From positions 2,048,001 through 2,112,000 of the forward strand of contig JASGHG010000001.1 of the NCBI GenBank assembly GCA_047602425.1: a stretch of 64,000 nucleotides of DNA, written 5' to 3'. This DNA is from Nibricoccus sp. (GTDB lineage: Bacteria; Verrucomicrobiota; Verrucomicrobiia; Opitutales; Opitutaceae). Below the pieces are notes generated by a model. The model made no database searches. It was given only the letters and a program-made list of their open reading frames with translations, and was not told the DNA's origin. A program made the translations under genes and the position numbers. Shown here piece after piece: positions 28,248 through 37,400 of this stretch (position 1 is the stretch's first letter; each line of letters opens with the position of its first letter).

Positions 28248-29474
28248 CTATTCGTAGCGCAGCGCCTCGATCGGATCGAGCCGCGCAGCCTTCCAGGCTG
28301 GGTAAAAACCGAAGATCACGCCAATGCCGCCGCAAACCAGCAGGCCCACCGCCACCCAGACCCACGGGAAAACCAGCGCGCCTTTCATGAAAAGCGCGAG
28401 CGCAATACCGCCGCCGACTCCGATGGCAACCCCGACCAAACCACCCACCAGCGACAAAGCCACCGCCTCGATGAGGAATTGCATCAGGATGTTTTTCTGT
28501 TTCGCGCCAATGCTCTTGCGAACCCCAATCTCTTTCGTGCGCTCCGTCACGCTCACGAGCATGATGTTCATCACGCCCACGCCGGCCGCGAGCAAGGCGA
28601 TCGCACTGATGACAAAAGCGCCGATGGAAATGATGTCCGCGATTTTGTTGAACGACTCGATGAGCGAGTCGTTGGAAAAGATTTCGAAATCGTTTGGATC
28701 TTCGGGATCGAGCCCGCGCACCTGGCGCATCAAACCGATCGCTTTATCCTGCGTCGGCCCAAGTTCGTCCTGGCTTGGCGCCTGCACGGTGATGCCGATC
28801 GAACGCCATTGGCGTCCGTAAATGGCCAGCCAGCGCGTGATTGGGGTGACGATAAAATTATCCTGACTCTGCCCGAACGACGTTCCTTTGGGTGCAAATT
28901 GACCGACCACATTAAAATTCTGCCCGCCGACACGCACGTTGCGTCCCAGGGGATTTTCGTTGGGGAAAAGGACCCGCGCCACCTCGTCGCCAATCACGCA
29001 AACCGGGCGGCCCAGCGCCACGTCCTCGGGGCTCAAATTACGACCGTTCGCAATTTCGTAGTTTCGCGAAGTGCTGAAATTTTCATCGGTGCCAACCAAC
29101 CCCGTGTTCGGGTTGGTTTTCTTGTCGCCGTTCACCACGCGCAATCCGCGGCGCCAGATCGTGAGGTTAATCTTTGCACTGTCACCCATCTGCTCCTTGA
29201 AACGATCCGCCATCGGATAGGTGATGTCCCGTCGGTTGCGAAAACGCTCCCGAGGATCGCTGAAATTAATGGCGGGATATTTGTTGATTTGAAAACTGGC
29301 CGAACCCAGCACCGTGAGATTTGCCTCAACCTGCCCGCGCAGGCCCGCAATCACCGTCATCACTCCAATGACAGAAAAAATACCAACCGATATGCCTAAA
29401 ACGGTCAGGCTTGAGCGAAGCTTGTTTGCGTTCAGCGAAGCCAGGGCGAGGCGGAGAATTTCAATCAACAGCAT
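28248..29474 (-). CDS. MacB/FtsX-type ABC permease
   Basis: NKLRSSLTVLGI, VMNIMLVSVTERTKEIGVRKSIGA, AARLDPIEALRYE. Confidence 0.93.
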   Translation of the reverse strand: MLLIEILRLALASLNANKLRSSLTVLGISVGIFSVIGVMTVIAGLRGQVEANLTVLGSASFQINKYPAINFSDPRERFRNRRDITYPMADRFKEQMGDSAKINLTIWRRGLRVVNGDKKTNPNTGLVGTDENFSTSRNYEIANGRNLSPEDVALGRPVCVIGDEVARVLFPNENPLGRNVRVGGQNFNVVGQFAPKGTSFGQSQDNFIVTPITRWLAIYGRQWRSIGITVQAPSQDELGPTQDKAIGLMRQVRGLDPEDPNDFEIFSNDSLIESFNKIADIISIGAFVISAIALLAAGVGVMNIMLVSVTERTKEIGVRKSIGAKQKNILMQFLIEAVALSLVGGLVGVAIGVGGGIALALFMKGALVFPWVWVAVGLLVCGGIGVIFGFYPAWKAARLDPIEALRYE

Positions 29475-29480
29475 GGCAGT

Positions 29481-30734
29481 TTACTCGTAACGAAGAGCCT
29501 CCACTGGATCGAGCTTGCTGGCCTGAAACGCGGGAATGAAACCGCTGAGCACGCCTGTCATCACGGATAAAAACAAACCAACCCCCACCAACAAAGGCGA
29601 AAACACCAGCGGGAAGGTTTCTGAAATGCGTCCGACGAGAGTCGCAAGACCCCAGGCGACGGCGAGCCCCGCGACACCGCCGACCAGGCAAATGCTCACG
29701 GCTTCGATCAAAAATTGCAGCAGGATCGTGCGTCTGCGTGCGCCGAGCGCCTTGCGCGTGCCGATTTCCTTCGTGCGTTCTTTTACGCTCACGTAAGTAA
29801 TGTTCATGATGCCGATGGCGCCGACCAACAGCGCAAGCCCCGTGATACCGAGGCCGGCGATGGCGATGCCTCGCTTGATCGGATCGAGCTGTTCACGCAC
29901 AACTTGCTGACTGTTGATTTCAAAATCGTCCTTCTTCTCGGGCCCCAGCTGGCGAATGCGTCTCATCAGGCCACGCAACTCTTCCTTGGCTTCGTCCATG
30001 CGCGCCGTGTCAACCTGCACACGAATACTTGGATCTGCCCAATTGATCGGGAAGTAGCGTCGAAACGTGTTGATTGGCATGATCGCCATTTGATCGAGGC
30101 TGAAAAGCCCAAGGAAACTGCCCTGCCGCGCCGCCACGCCGATCACCGTAAACTGCTGGTCGCGGATCCGAACATTTTTTCCTTCCGGCGACTCGTTAGG
30201 GAAAAGCGCGTTGGCCACGTCGACGCCCAGAATGAGCACATTGCGCGCACTGTGCGCCTCGATCTCGCTGAAAAAACGCCCCTCGCGCATGTCGGCACGC
30301 ATGATCCGGGGGTAATCGGCACCGTAGCCGTTGATATGGATATTGGTCACACGGTATTCTCCGCGAACCAGCGTAGCGCTCCAATCGGCCGCCGGCACCG
30401 CCAGCTTAAGCGGGCATTCGGGATGAGCATCGACCCATTCGTTGATGCGCTCGGCAAAGGCGGGTTTGATCGGCGGACGATTGCGGTAATTCCACCAGTC
30501 GTTTGAAGCATCGCGCCATGGCCATTTCGTCACGTACAAGACGTCGTCGCCAAAGCCGGCCAGGCTTTTTTCCACTCCAGCATCTATCCCTAAAATCGCC
30601 GTGCCCATCAGCGTGACAGCGATGATGCCGATAATCACGCCAAGTGCCGTCAGAAGCGAACGCATCTTGTTCGCGCGAATTTGCGTCCACGCGATGCGAA
30701 ACGATTCAGACAATTCGTAATAAAGACGCCGCAT
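29481..30734 (-). CDS. MacB/FtsX-type ABC permease
   Basis: NKMRSLLTALG, IMNITYVSVKERTKEIG, ASKLDPVEALRYE. Confidence 0.93.
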   Translation of the reverse strand: MRRLYYELSESFRIAWTQIRANKMRSLLTALGVIIGIIAVTLMGTAILGIDAGVEKSLAGFGDDVLYVTKWPWRDASNDWWNYRNRPPIKPAFAERINEWVDAHPECPLKLAVPAADWSATLVRGEYRVTNIHINGYGADYPRIMRADMREGRFFSEIEAHSARNVLILGVDVANALFPNESPEGKNVRIRDQQFTVIGVAARQGSFLGLFSLDQMAIMPINTFRRYFPINWADPSIRVQVDTARMDEAKEELRGLMRRIRQLGPEKKDDFEINSQQVVREQLDPIKRGIAIAGLGITGLALLVGAIGIMNITYVSVKERTKEIGTRKALGARRRTILLQFLIEAVSICLVGGVAGLAVAWGLATLVGRISETFPLVFSPLLVGVGLFLSVMTGVLSGFIPAFQASKLDPVEALRYE

Positions 30735-30740
30735 GGAAAT

Positions 30741-31478
30741 TCAGGCCGTCACGTCCGACTCGATCAGGCCGTCGCGCAGACGCACGACACGACGGGCGTG
30801 GCGGGCAATGTCTTCCTCGTGCGTGACAACAATGATGGTGTTGCCCTGAGCGTAGAGCTGTTCGAAGAGTGCCATGATTTCTTCGCCGGTGCGTGAGTCG
30901 AGATTGCCGGTTGGTTCGTCAGCGAGGATGATCGAGGGCTTGTTGACGAGAGCGCGGGCAATGGCCACGCGCTGACGCTGGCCGCCGGAAAGTTCATTCG
31001 GCTTGTGAAACATGCGTTCGCCGAGACCGACGTTGTGCAATGCCTGCTGCGCGAGCTCCAGCCGTTCGGCCTTGCGCACGCCGGCATAGATCAGCGGAAG
31101 CTCGACGTTATGCAGGGCGTTGGAGCGTGGCAGAAGGTTAAAGGTCTGGAAAACGAAACCGATCTCCTTGTTACGGATTTCAGCCAGTTCGTCATCGACC
31201 ATGTGCGCTACGTTTTTGCTGTTGAATTCGTAGCGACCGGCGGTGGGCGTATCGAGGCAGCCAAGCATATTCATGAGCGTGGACTTGCCGCTGCCGGACG
31301 GGCCCATGATGGCGAGGTACTCGTTGCGATGAATTTTCAGGCTCACGCCGTTGAGCGCGCGGATGAGTTCCGAGCCCATCTGGTAGAACTTTGTCACCGC
31401 CTCGATCTCGATGACGAGCGCGCCTTTCGGTCGGATGACGCGCGGGCCTGAGGCGGCCGCTGGAGAGGGAGAAATCAT
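30741..31478 (-). CDS. ABC transporter ATPase (MacB/LolD type)
   Basis: [34 protein letters not shown]. Confidence 0.95.
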   Translation of the reverse strand: MISPSPAAASGPRVIRPKGALVIEIEAVTKFYQMGSELIRALNGVSLKIHRNEYLAIMGPSGSGKSTLMNMLGCLDTPTAGRYEFNSKNVAHMVDDELAEIRNKEIGFVFQTFNLLPRSNALHNVELPLIYAGVRKAERLELAQQALHNVGLGERMFHKPNELSGGQRQRVAIARALVNKPSIILADEPTGNLDSRTGEEIMALFEQLYAQGNTIIVVTHEEDIARHARRVVRLRDGLIESDVTA

Positions 31479-31499
31479 GATAACTTCGACGGTCGCCCG

Positions 31500-32879
31500 T
31501 TATTTTTTTCCGCCCTTTTTCGGGTCATCGACTTTCACCTTCATGCCATCCTTGAGGGTGCGACTGATGGCGGCGTAACTACCGCTCACCACTTCGTCGC
31601 CCTCCTTCACTCCTGATTTCACTTCCATGTGGGAGGTGTCAGCGATGCCGGTTTCGACGGAAACCATTTTGACGGTATCGCCATTGCGGATGAAGACGAC
31701 GCGGTTGAGTTTTTCGCGGTCGGACTTTTCGGCCTGCTTCTGCTGTTTTTCGCTGACCGCGGCGGCATCGCCGGAGCCTTTTTTCTCGTCGATCTTTTTC
31801 TGGCGGTCGTCGGCCTGTTCGGTCACCGATTTTTTCGTCTCACGATCGCGGGTGGTGACGGATTGTATCGGGACGGCCACTACATTCTCGACGGTCTTCG
31901 TTTCAACATCGGCGTTGGCGCTCATGCCGGGGCGGAGAGGCACGTCCTTGTCGAGGATGCGGATTTTGACTTGGAAGTTCGTGATTTCGTCCTGCGTGCC
32001 CTGGCCGGTGACTTTGGCCGCGGAACCGATTTCCTTGACGACGGCTTCGAATTTGCGGCCGGGAAACGCATCGATGGCGACCTTGGCCTTATCGCCCACC
32101 TTCACGTTGACGATGTCGTTTTCGTTAATGTTCACGCGGACTTCCATGTTGGTGAGATCCGCGACGCGCATGACTTCGGCCATGCCGTAGGAGCCCGTGG
32201 CGGCAACGCGTTCGCCGACTTCGCTGGAGCGCGAGCTGACGGTGCCATCGATTGGGGAATAGATGGTGGTTTTGGCGAAAAGGTCGCGGGCCTGTTTGAG
32301 CGAACCTTCGCTGCGGCGGATGTTGGCCTGGGCGCTTTCGAGATCCGCCTGAGCGCTATCGAGCGTGGTTTTGGCGGTGGTGAAATCGGCGTCGGAAATC
32401 AAGTTCCGCGAGTGCAGGTCCTGACTGCGTTTAAAATCTTCCTCGGCCTTCGCAAGACGGGCGGTTTGGTCGACGAATGCGGCTTTGGAGGCGGCGAGCG
32501 AGGCCTCGGCCTGGTCGACTTGGTAGCGATAGTTGTCGGGCTTGATGCTCACGAGGAGATCGCCTTTTTTGACCGCGTTGCCCTCGCGCAATGGCAGTTG
32601 AATGATTTCGCCGGAGACTTCCGGTGCGATCTTCACCTCGACCTCGGGCTGAATCTTGCCGGAGGCGGAAACGAGCTGGGTGATGGTTTTGATCACAGCC
32701 TTCTCAACGTTGATGCGCACCACGCTGGCTTCGGCTTTCCGTTTCATGATCGAGGTCGTGATCAGCGCAATGATCACGACTACAGCGATAATGATGTAGA
32801 GAGGCAGGCGGGAGCGTTTCTTTTTGGCAACAGGGACAATGCCCGGCCGGAGCTGGTCGGAGGAGGTTGCAGGCGTCAT
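31500..32879 (-). CDS. MacA-like periplasmic adaptor (MFP)
   Basis: TM anchor, SGKIQP, VKKGDLL, alpha-hairpin, IYSPIDGTV, LRPGMSA. Confidence 0.92.
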   Translation of the reverse strand: MTPATSSDQLRPGIVPVAKKKRSRLPLYIIIAVVVIIALITTSIMKRKAEASVVRINVEKAVIKTITQLVSASGKIQPEVEVKIAPEVSGEIIQLPLREGNAVKKGDLLVSIKPDNYRYQVDQAEASLAASKAAFVDQTARLAKAEEDFKRSQDLHSRNLISDADFTTAKTTLDSAQADLESAQANIRRSEGSLKQARDLFAKTTIYSPIDGTVSSRSSEVGERVAATGSYGMAEVMRVADLTNMEVRVNINENDIVNVKVGDKAKVAIDAFPGRKFEAVVKEIGSAAKVTGQGTQDEITNFQVKIRILDKDVPLRPGMSANADVETKTVENVVAVPIQSVTTRDRETKKSVTEQADDRQKKIDEKKGSGDAAAVSEKQQKQAEKSDREKLNRVVFIRNGDTVKMVSVETGIADTSHMEVKSGVKEGDEVVSGSYAAISRTLKDGMKVKVDDPKKGGKK

Positions 32880-33032
32880 GTTAAAGTCTTGGCTGTTATA
32901 AGAACACCGGGTGCGAGACGTTTGTTACACGAAAAAGCTACAAACGGTGCAAACCCCGGCTGAACGGTTATTCCCGTGCTTATGTGTGCGTTAAGCCACC
33001 GAAATCCACGCGAATTTTGAGGACCCGCGAGG

Positions 33033-33773
33033 TTAGGTCTTTCCACCTCCGTGGAGCGCCGCGCCGACAATTCCGGCAGCATTGTGCATTTGGGCCGCCA
33101 CGAGAGGCGCGCGGGTTTTCAGGTGGGGAAAAAATTTCTCGCTCTTCGAACTAACGCCTCCGCCCAGAATGATCAGATCCGGGCTGAACAGCAGTTCCAT
33201 TAGTGCCAAGTAGCCGTTGAGACGCTTGCTCCACGCGTGCCAGCTCAAGCCGCGGTCTTTGCGGACGGAGGCGGCGACGTCTTTTTCGTAATCGTGACCT
33301 TTGTGCGGCACGTGGCCCAGTTCGGTATTGGGTACCAGTACGCCGTGGCGAAACAATGCCGAACCCACGCCCGTACCCAACGTGAAAAGCATCACCGTGC
33401 CCTTCCGGCCTTTGCCCGCGCCAAAATGCATCTCGGCCACGCCAGCCGCATCGGCGTCGTTGATCACTTTCACCGTCCGGCAACGTGCAACCTTGGCCAC
33501 CAACCGGCCGAGATCGCAATCGATGAAATCGTGATCCACGTTGGCCGCTGTTTTCACCACGCCGTTCAATACCACCCCAGGGAAACCAATTCCTATCGGC
33601 CCCCGCCATTCGAAATGTTTCGCGATGTCCGCCACCACGCGCGCCATGTGTTTTGGCGATATTTTTTCCGGCGTTTCGATGCGATGACGCTCCGCTAAAA
33701 GCTTGCCCGTGGAAATATTGACCGGAGCGCCTTTTACCGCCGAGCCGCCAATGTCGATGCCGAGAACGTGCAT
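33033..33773 (-). CDS. ppgK: polyphosphate glucokinase (ROK family)
   Basis: GIDIGGSAVKGAPV, NDADAAG.AE, TLGTGVGSALF, PNTELGH, IILGGGVS, NAAGIVGAA. Confidence 0.9.
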   Translation of the reverse strand: MHVLGIDIGGSAVKGAPVNISTGKLLAERHRIETPEKISPKHMARVVADIAKHFEWRGPIGIGFPGVVLNGVVKTAANVDHDFIDCDLGRLVAKVARCRTVKVINDADAAGVAEMHFGAGKGRKGTVMLFTLGTGVGSALFRHGVLVPNTELGHVPHKGHDYEKDVAASVRKDRGLSWHAWSKRLNGYLALMELLFSPDLIILGGGVSSKSEKFFPHLKTRAPLVAAQMHNAAGIVGAALHGGGKT

Positions 33774-33789
33774 GCGGGAAGCTTGGTTT

Positions 33790-34266
33790 TCAACAACCGC
33801 ATTGTCCATCCTGACCATGCGGATGACCGTGCGAAATTTCATCCGCCGTCGCCGGACGCACCGCGACGATTTCGACGTCAAACGTCAGGTCCACGCCAGC
33901 CAACGGATGATTCGCGTCGAGCCATACTTCGTCGCCTTCGATTTTTGTCACCATCACGACCGGAGCGAAGCGGTCGTCGCCGGCCTGAAAGCGATCGCCG
34001 ACGTTCAACTCGCCTTCGATCGGCAATGCGCCTCGCGCTACGCGTTGCACCTGGGACTCGTCGCGAACGCCGTAAGCCTTTGCCGCCGGCACCGCGACGC
34101 GACGTTTTACGCCCGCGACTTCACCGCGCAATTGCTCCTCGAGGCCTTCGATGATTTGCCCGGCGCCTTCCAAGTAGCTCACCGGGTCGCCGCCGCCCGA
34201 CATATCCAAAACCCGGCCCTGCGAATCGCGCAGCGTATAGTGAAAAGTGACAACAGATCGCTCCAT
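33790..34266 (-). CDS. slyD: FKBP-type PPIase SlyD
   Basis: YLEGAGQII.GLE, DANHPLAG..L.FDVE, His/Cys tail HGHPHG..GQCGC. Confidence 0.92.
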   Translation of the reverse strand: MERSVVTFHYTLRDSQGRVLDMSGGGDPVSYLEGAGQIIEGLEEQLRGEVAGVKRRVAVPAAKAYGVRDESQVQRVARGALPIEGELNVGDRFQAGDDRFAPVVMVTKIEGDEVWLDANHPLAGVDLTFDVEIVAVRPATADEISHGHPHGQDGQCGC

Positions 34267-34461
34267 ACCGCGATGCAGGCTAAATCCTTGATTCCGTGCA
34301 ATCCTTCGTCCCGAAAATTGGGGAATTCTGCGATAAATCCATTTCTCCAATAACTTCCGTTACTTTTTACCTAAGTTGCACCCCGTAAAACCCTTCTTAA
34401 ATTGCCAATTAATTACATCTAGCAGCTTGCAACCCGTCGTCAATGGGGCCAAATCCCTACC

Positions 34462-36561
34462 ATGCGCTTTTTGCGCCTATCCCTTATTGTCCTCATTGCA
34501 ACCGCTTCGGTCGCGACTGCAATCGCGTCGATCAGCGAGGCATTTACTTGGACGGGCTCGGCCGGGGATCAGAACTACAATAATCCGTCCAATTGGCTCG
34601 GCGGCGTGGTTCCGCCCAACAATGGCAGCGCCACACTCATCTTCGGCGATGCCGCTGGCACCCGTGTCACGCTACCGCTCGTGCTCGATGTCGCCCAGAT
34701 CCAGTTCGAAAACAGTCCGTCCAAAAACTATACGTTCAACACCGGTCTGCTCACGTTCCTCACGGTCCGAAACGGCCTGAGTGTCACTTCTGGCGGTAGC
34801 ACGTTTCTCGGCGAAAACATCACGCTCAACATCGCCGACACGCAGTATTTCTACGTTGCTTCCGGCAAACTCGATATTGCCGGCGGTCTCATCGGCGGCG
34901 GTGATCTTGTGAAATCCGGCGGCGGCCTGCTTCGTCTCGACGGTTTCAATCTCCTGCATGGCAGCACGCAGGTCGATGGCGGCGCGCTTATCTTTTCCAA
35001 CACTTACGCGCTGCCTTCGGGCAGCATTTCCGCCTCGGCCAACGGTTACGTCGGCGCGGAAAATCAGAGCACGCTCAAACTCATGCTCGGCCAGCTCAAC
35101 TCCAGCACTTTCGCCGGGTCCATTGGCCTCGATTCCGCGCCAGGAGGCTCGCTCTCGACTTTCACCGATCAAATCGACGTCACCAATCTCACCAACTACG
35201 CCGGCCTCGGTTCAACCACGGTGGCGAAACTCACCGGCAATTTCCGCGTCTCTTCCAACCAGGACTACCGTTTCAGCGGCGGCGCCGGCACTCTCTTCGT
35301 CCAGACCAATCTCACGAATTACGGCTCCGACCTGCGTCTCACGTCGGTCCATGGCACCCCGCTCAGCGTTTTCCTGCAGGGTTCGAATAATTTCGGCGGC
35401 AGCGTCAACGTCCTCAATTCCGTCCTCGTTCTCGACAGCCATCAGGCAGTATCCAGCGGAAAAGTACTGAACATCGACGGCCCCGGCTACATCGGTGCCA
35501 CTGAGCGTTTTGGCGGTTCAACCTCCAGCTTCCTCTCCCAGCTCAAGGCCGGAAGCCCCAACTCCATCGCCGGCTTCGACTCCACCAACATTTCCGCGCC
35601 CCGCACGATTACCGAGGACATTGACCTCTCCGTCGGCGGCACGCGCAACGACCCTTACTACCTCGGCACCACGACCAAGGTCACGCTCACTGGCAAACTC
35701 ACGCCGACCAATGGCGATTCGCTTTATCTCACCGCAGTCAAAGGTGGGCATCTGATCGTTGGTTCGACCTTGGGCAACAACATCCCCGGCGTCGTGGTCG
35801 GTCAGGCCAATTCCTTCGATCCGCAAGGCGGCACAGTGGAACTCACCGGCCACAACAACTACTCCGGCGGCACCAAGATCCTCGGCGGCACCCTCCGCGC
35901 CAGCAATAACTCCGCTCTCGGCACCGGCTCCGTCGACGTCGGCTCGGGCGCCACGCTCGACATCAGCTCCGGAACCAGCATCTCGAACCAACTCGACATT
36001 GCCTCCGGTGGACGTCTTTCCGGCCGCGGCGCCATCGGCACACCCGGCGGAGTTTACTTTGGAAACGGAGCCATCCTTTCGCCCGGCGGCCCCGGCAGCA
36101 TCGGCACCCTCACGTTTAATTCCAAGGTCACCTTCGGCTCCGGTTCGGTCCTCGAATTTGACATCGGCAACCTCAACGCCGGTGCCGGCATCGGCTGGGA
36201 CCTCGTCAACGTCAACAGCCTCGTCAATCTCGCCGCCCAAGGTGGTTCGCTCATCACGCTCGATCTCAAGACGCTCACGCTCGGTGGCTCCGCGGGCTTG
36301 CTTACGGGTTTTGACGCCACGCAGTCATATAGCTGGCTGTTTCTCTCCGCGAACAACATCTCGGGTTTCTCCAGCGACAAATTCGTCTTCGATACCTCCG
36401 GTTTCGCCAACAGCCTCGGCAACGGAAACTTCTTCGTCACGCAGGGAAATGCCGGCCTTTCGATTAATTTCACCCCGGTACCCGAGCCCGGCACCTACGC
36501 GCTCTTCGCTCTTGGTCTTGGCATTCTTGGCCTGCGCGAACTCCGCCGCCGGCGGAAGTAA
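34462..36561 (+). CDS. PEP-CTERM surface protein with autotransporter-associated beta-strand repeats
   Basis: Signal peptide, L.G.NNYSGGT.I.GGTL repeats, C-terminal VPEPGTYAL-TM-RRRRK. Confidence 0.92.
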   Translation: MRFLRLSLIVLIATASVATAIASISEAFTWTGSAGDQNYNNPSNWLGGVVPPNNGSATLIFGDAAGTRVTLPLVLDVAQIQFENSPSKNYTFNTGLLTFLTVRNGLSVTSGGSTFLGENITLNIADTQYFYVASGKLDIAGGLIGGGDLVKSGGGLLRLDGFNLLHGSTQVDGGALIFSNTYALPSGSISASANGYVGAENQSTLKLMLGQLNSSTFAGSIGLDSAPGGSLSTFTDQIDVTNLTNYAGLGSTTVAKLTGNFRVSSNQDYRFSGGAGTLFVQTNLTNYGSDLRLTSVHGTPLSVFLQGSNNFGGSVNVLNSVLVLDSHQAVSSGKVLNIDGPGYIGATERFGGSTSSFLSQLKAGSPNSIAGFDSTNISAPRTITEDIDLSVGGTRNDPYYLGTTTKVTLTGKLTPTNGDSLYLTAVKGGHLIVGSTLGNNIPGVVVGQANSFDPQGGTVELTGHNNYSGGTKILGGTLRASNNSALGTGSVDVGSGATLDISSGTSISNQLDIASGGRLSGRGAIGTPGGVYFGNGAILSPGGPGSIGTLTFNSKVTFGSGSVLEFDIGNLNAGAGIGWDLVNVNSLVNLAAQGGSLITLDLKTLTLGGSAGLLTGFDATQSYSWLFLSANNISGFSSDKFVFDTSGFANSLGNGNFFVTQGNAGLSINFTPVPEPGTYALFALGLGILGLRELRRRRK

Positions 36562-36598
36562 AACCGGTTCAGGCGCACAAGAATATCTGGCGTTTGAA

Positions 36599-36684
36599 GG
36601 CAGGGACGACCCGCCGGTCGTCGGAAAATGTATCCTTGGGAAATCCCCGCTCCCACACGGACGTCCCGGCGGTCCGTCCCTACC
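36599..36684. repeat. GTAG-type REP doublet (second family)
   Basis: GGCAGGGACGACCCGCCGGTCGTCGG ... inverted copy reading GGTAGGGACGGACCGCCGGGACGTCCG on the minus strand. Confidence 0.75.
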
Positions 36685-36704
36685 AGCCGAGCCGCGGCAG
36701 TCGT

Positions 36705-37289
36705 TTATCTGTCTGAGCTAGAACGTATATTTTTCAGACGAAAATGGTCAAAATTGCCTGCAAAAGCTCGTTGTTTGGCTGTTTGTCTCAATTGCGTAGC
36801 CGCAGTCTCAATTGCTACGTTGTTTGTCTCAATTGCTAGGCTGCCTGTCTCATTTGCTAGGCTGTTTGAGCCGGTTGCTAGCGTGTGCGAGGTCGTTGCT
36901 TTGGCGTACGCAGCCATTGCTTTCGCGTCACAGGTCGTTGCTAGACCGTTCGTGCTCATTGTTTGGACGTTCGACCTAGTTGCTCGACGGTACGATCTCG
37001 TTGCTGCGTCCTCAGCGGTCATTGTTTTGTGGTCAGAGCTCATTGTTTGCGTGTCAGCGGCTGTTGCGCGGCTGTTCGCATGAGTTGTTTCAATGTTTGC
37101 GTGAGTTGTTTCGACGTCTGCATGAGTTGTTTGGATGTCTACATGAGTTGCGTGGCCGTTTGCCTGCATTGTTTCGATGTTCGTGCGAGATGCGCGGCTG
37201 TCTGAGTGTGTTGCTTGGCTGTCCGGACGAGTTGCGGCGCTGTTCGGATGAGTTGTTTGAAGGTTAGCAACTGTTGCGACGCCGTTCAT
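36705..37289 (-). other. possible heptad-repeat ORF over the array ([ND]xx[AT][TM]xx); coding status uncertain
   Basis: Open frame from ATG 37289 with GGAG upstream; heptad phase is lost at the 20-nt unit; atypical codon use. Confidence 0.35.
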
Positions 37290-37290
37290 T
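36770..37290. repeat. degenerate 21-bp periodic tandem array (~25 units)
   Basis: TTG recurs exactly every 21 nt from 36812 to 37274 (one ATG variant at 37190), with GT 10 nt after each TTG; two further units at 36771 and 36792 across one 20-nt unit. Confidence 0.9.
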
Positions 37291-37313
37291 TCAGCTGCTC
37301 CGCCGCTCCGACG

Positions 37314-37348
37314 AAAAAACACGCCTGCCGGATTTCCAGCAGACGTGT
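37314..37348 (-). terminator. Rho-independent terminator of the sigma-vWA operon
   Basis: Minus strand ACACGTCTGCTGG-aaat-CCGGCAGGCGTGT-TTTTT. Confidence 0.85.
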
Positions 37349-37400
37349 CTTGGCTAAAACAACCTGACTCAAATGCAGCGGCTTCCGCGGCGATGAGAAC

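Noticed and set aside
31629..32963. 444-aa plus-strand ORF, and similar ones at 22806-24065, 37830-38957, 56435-57625 and 9857-10996
   Set aside because: Antisense shadows of well-supported genes, expected with GC-rich codon bias; no motifs
36770..37290. CRISPR or TIGR array interpretation of the 21-bp array
   Set aside because: Conserved cores are only 2-5 nt, the unit is 21 nt (not about 60-70 or 36), and no cas or Nop-domain gene is in the window
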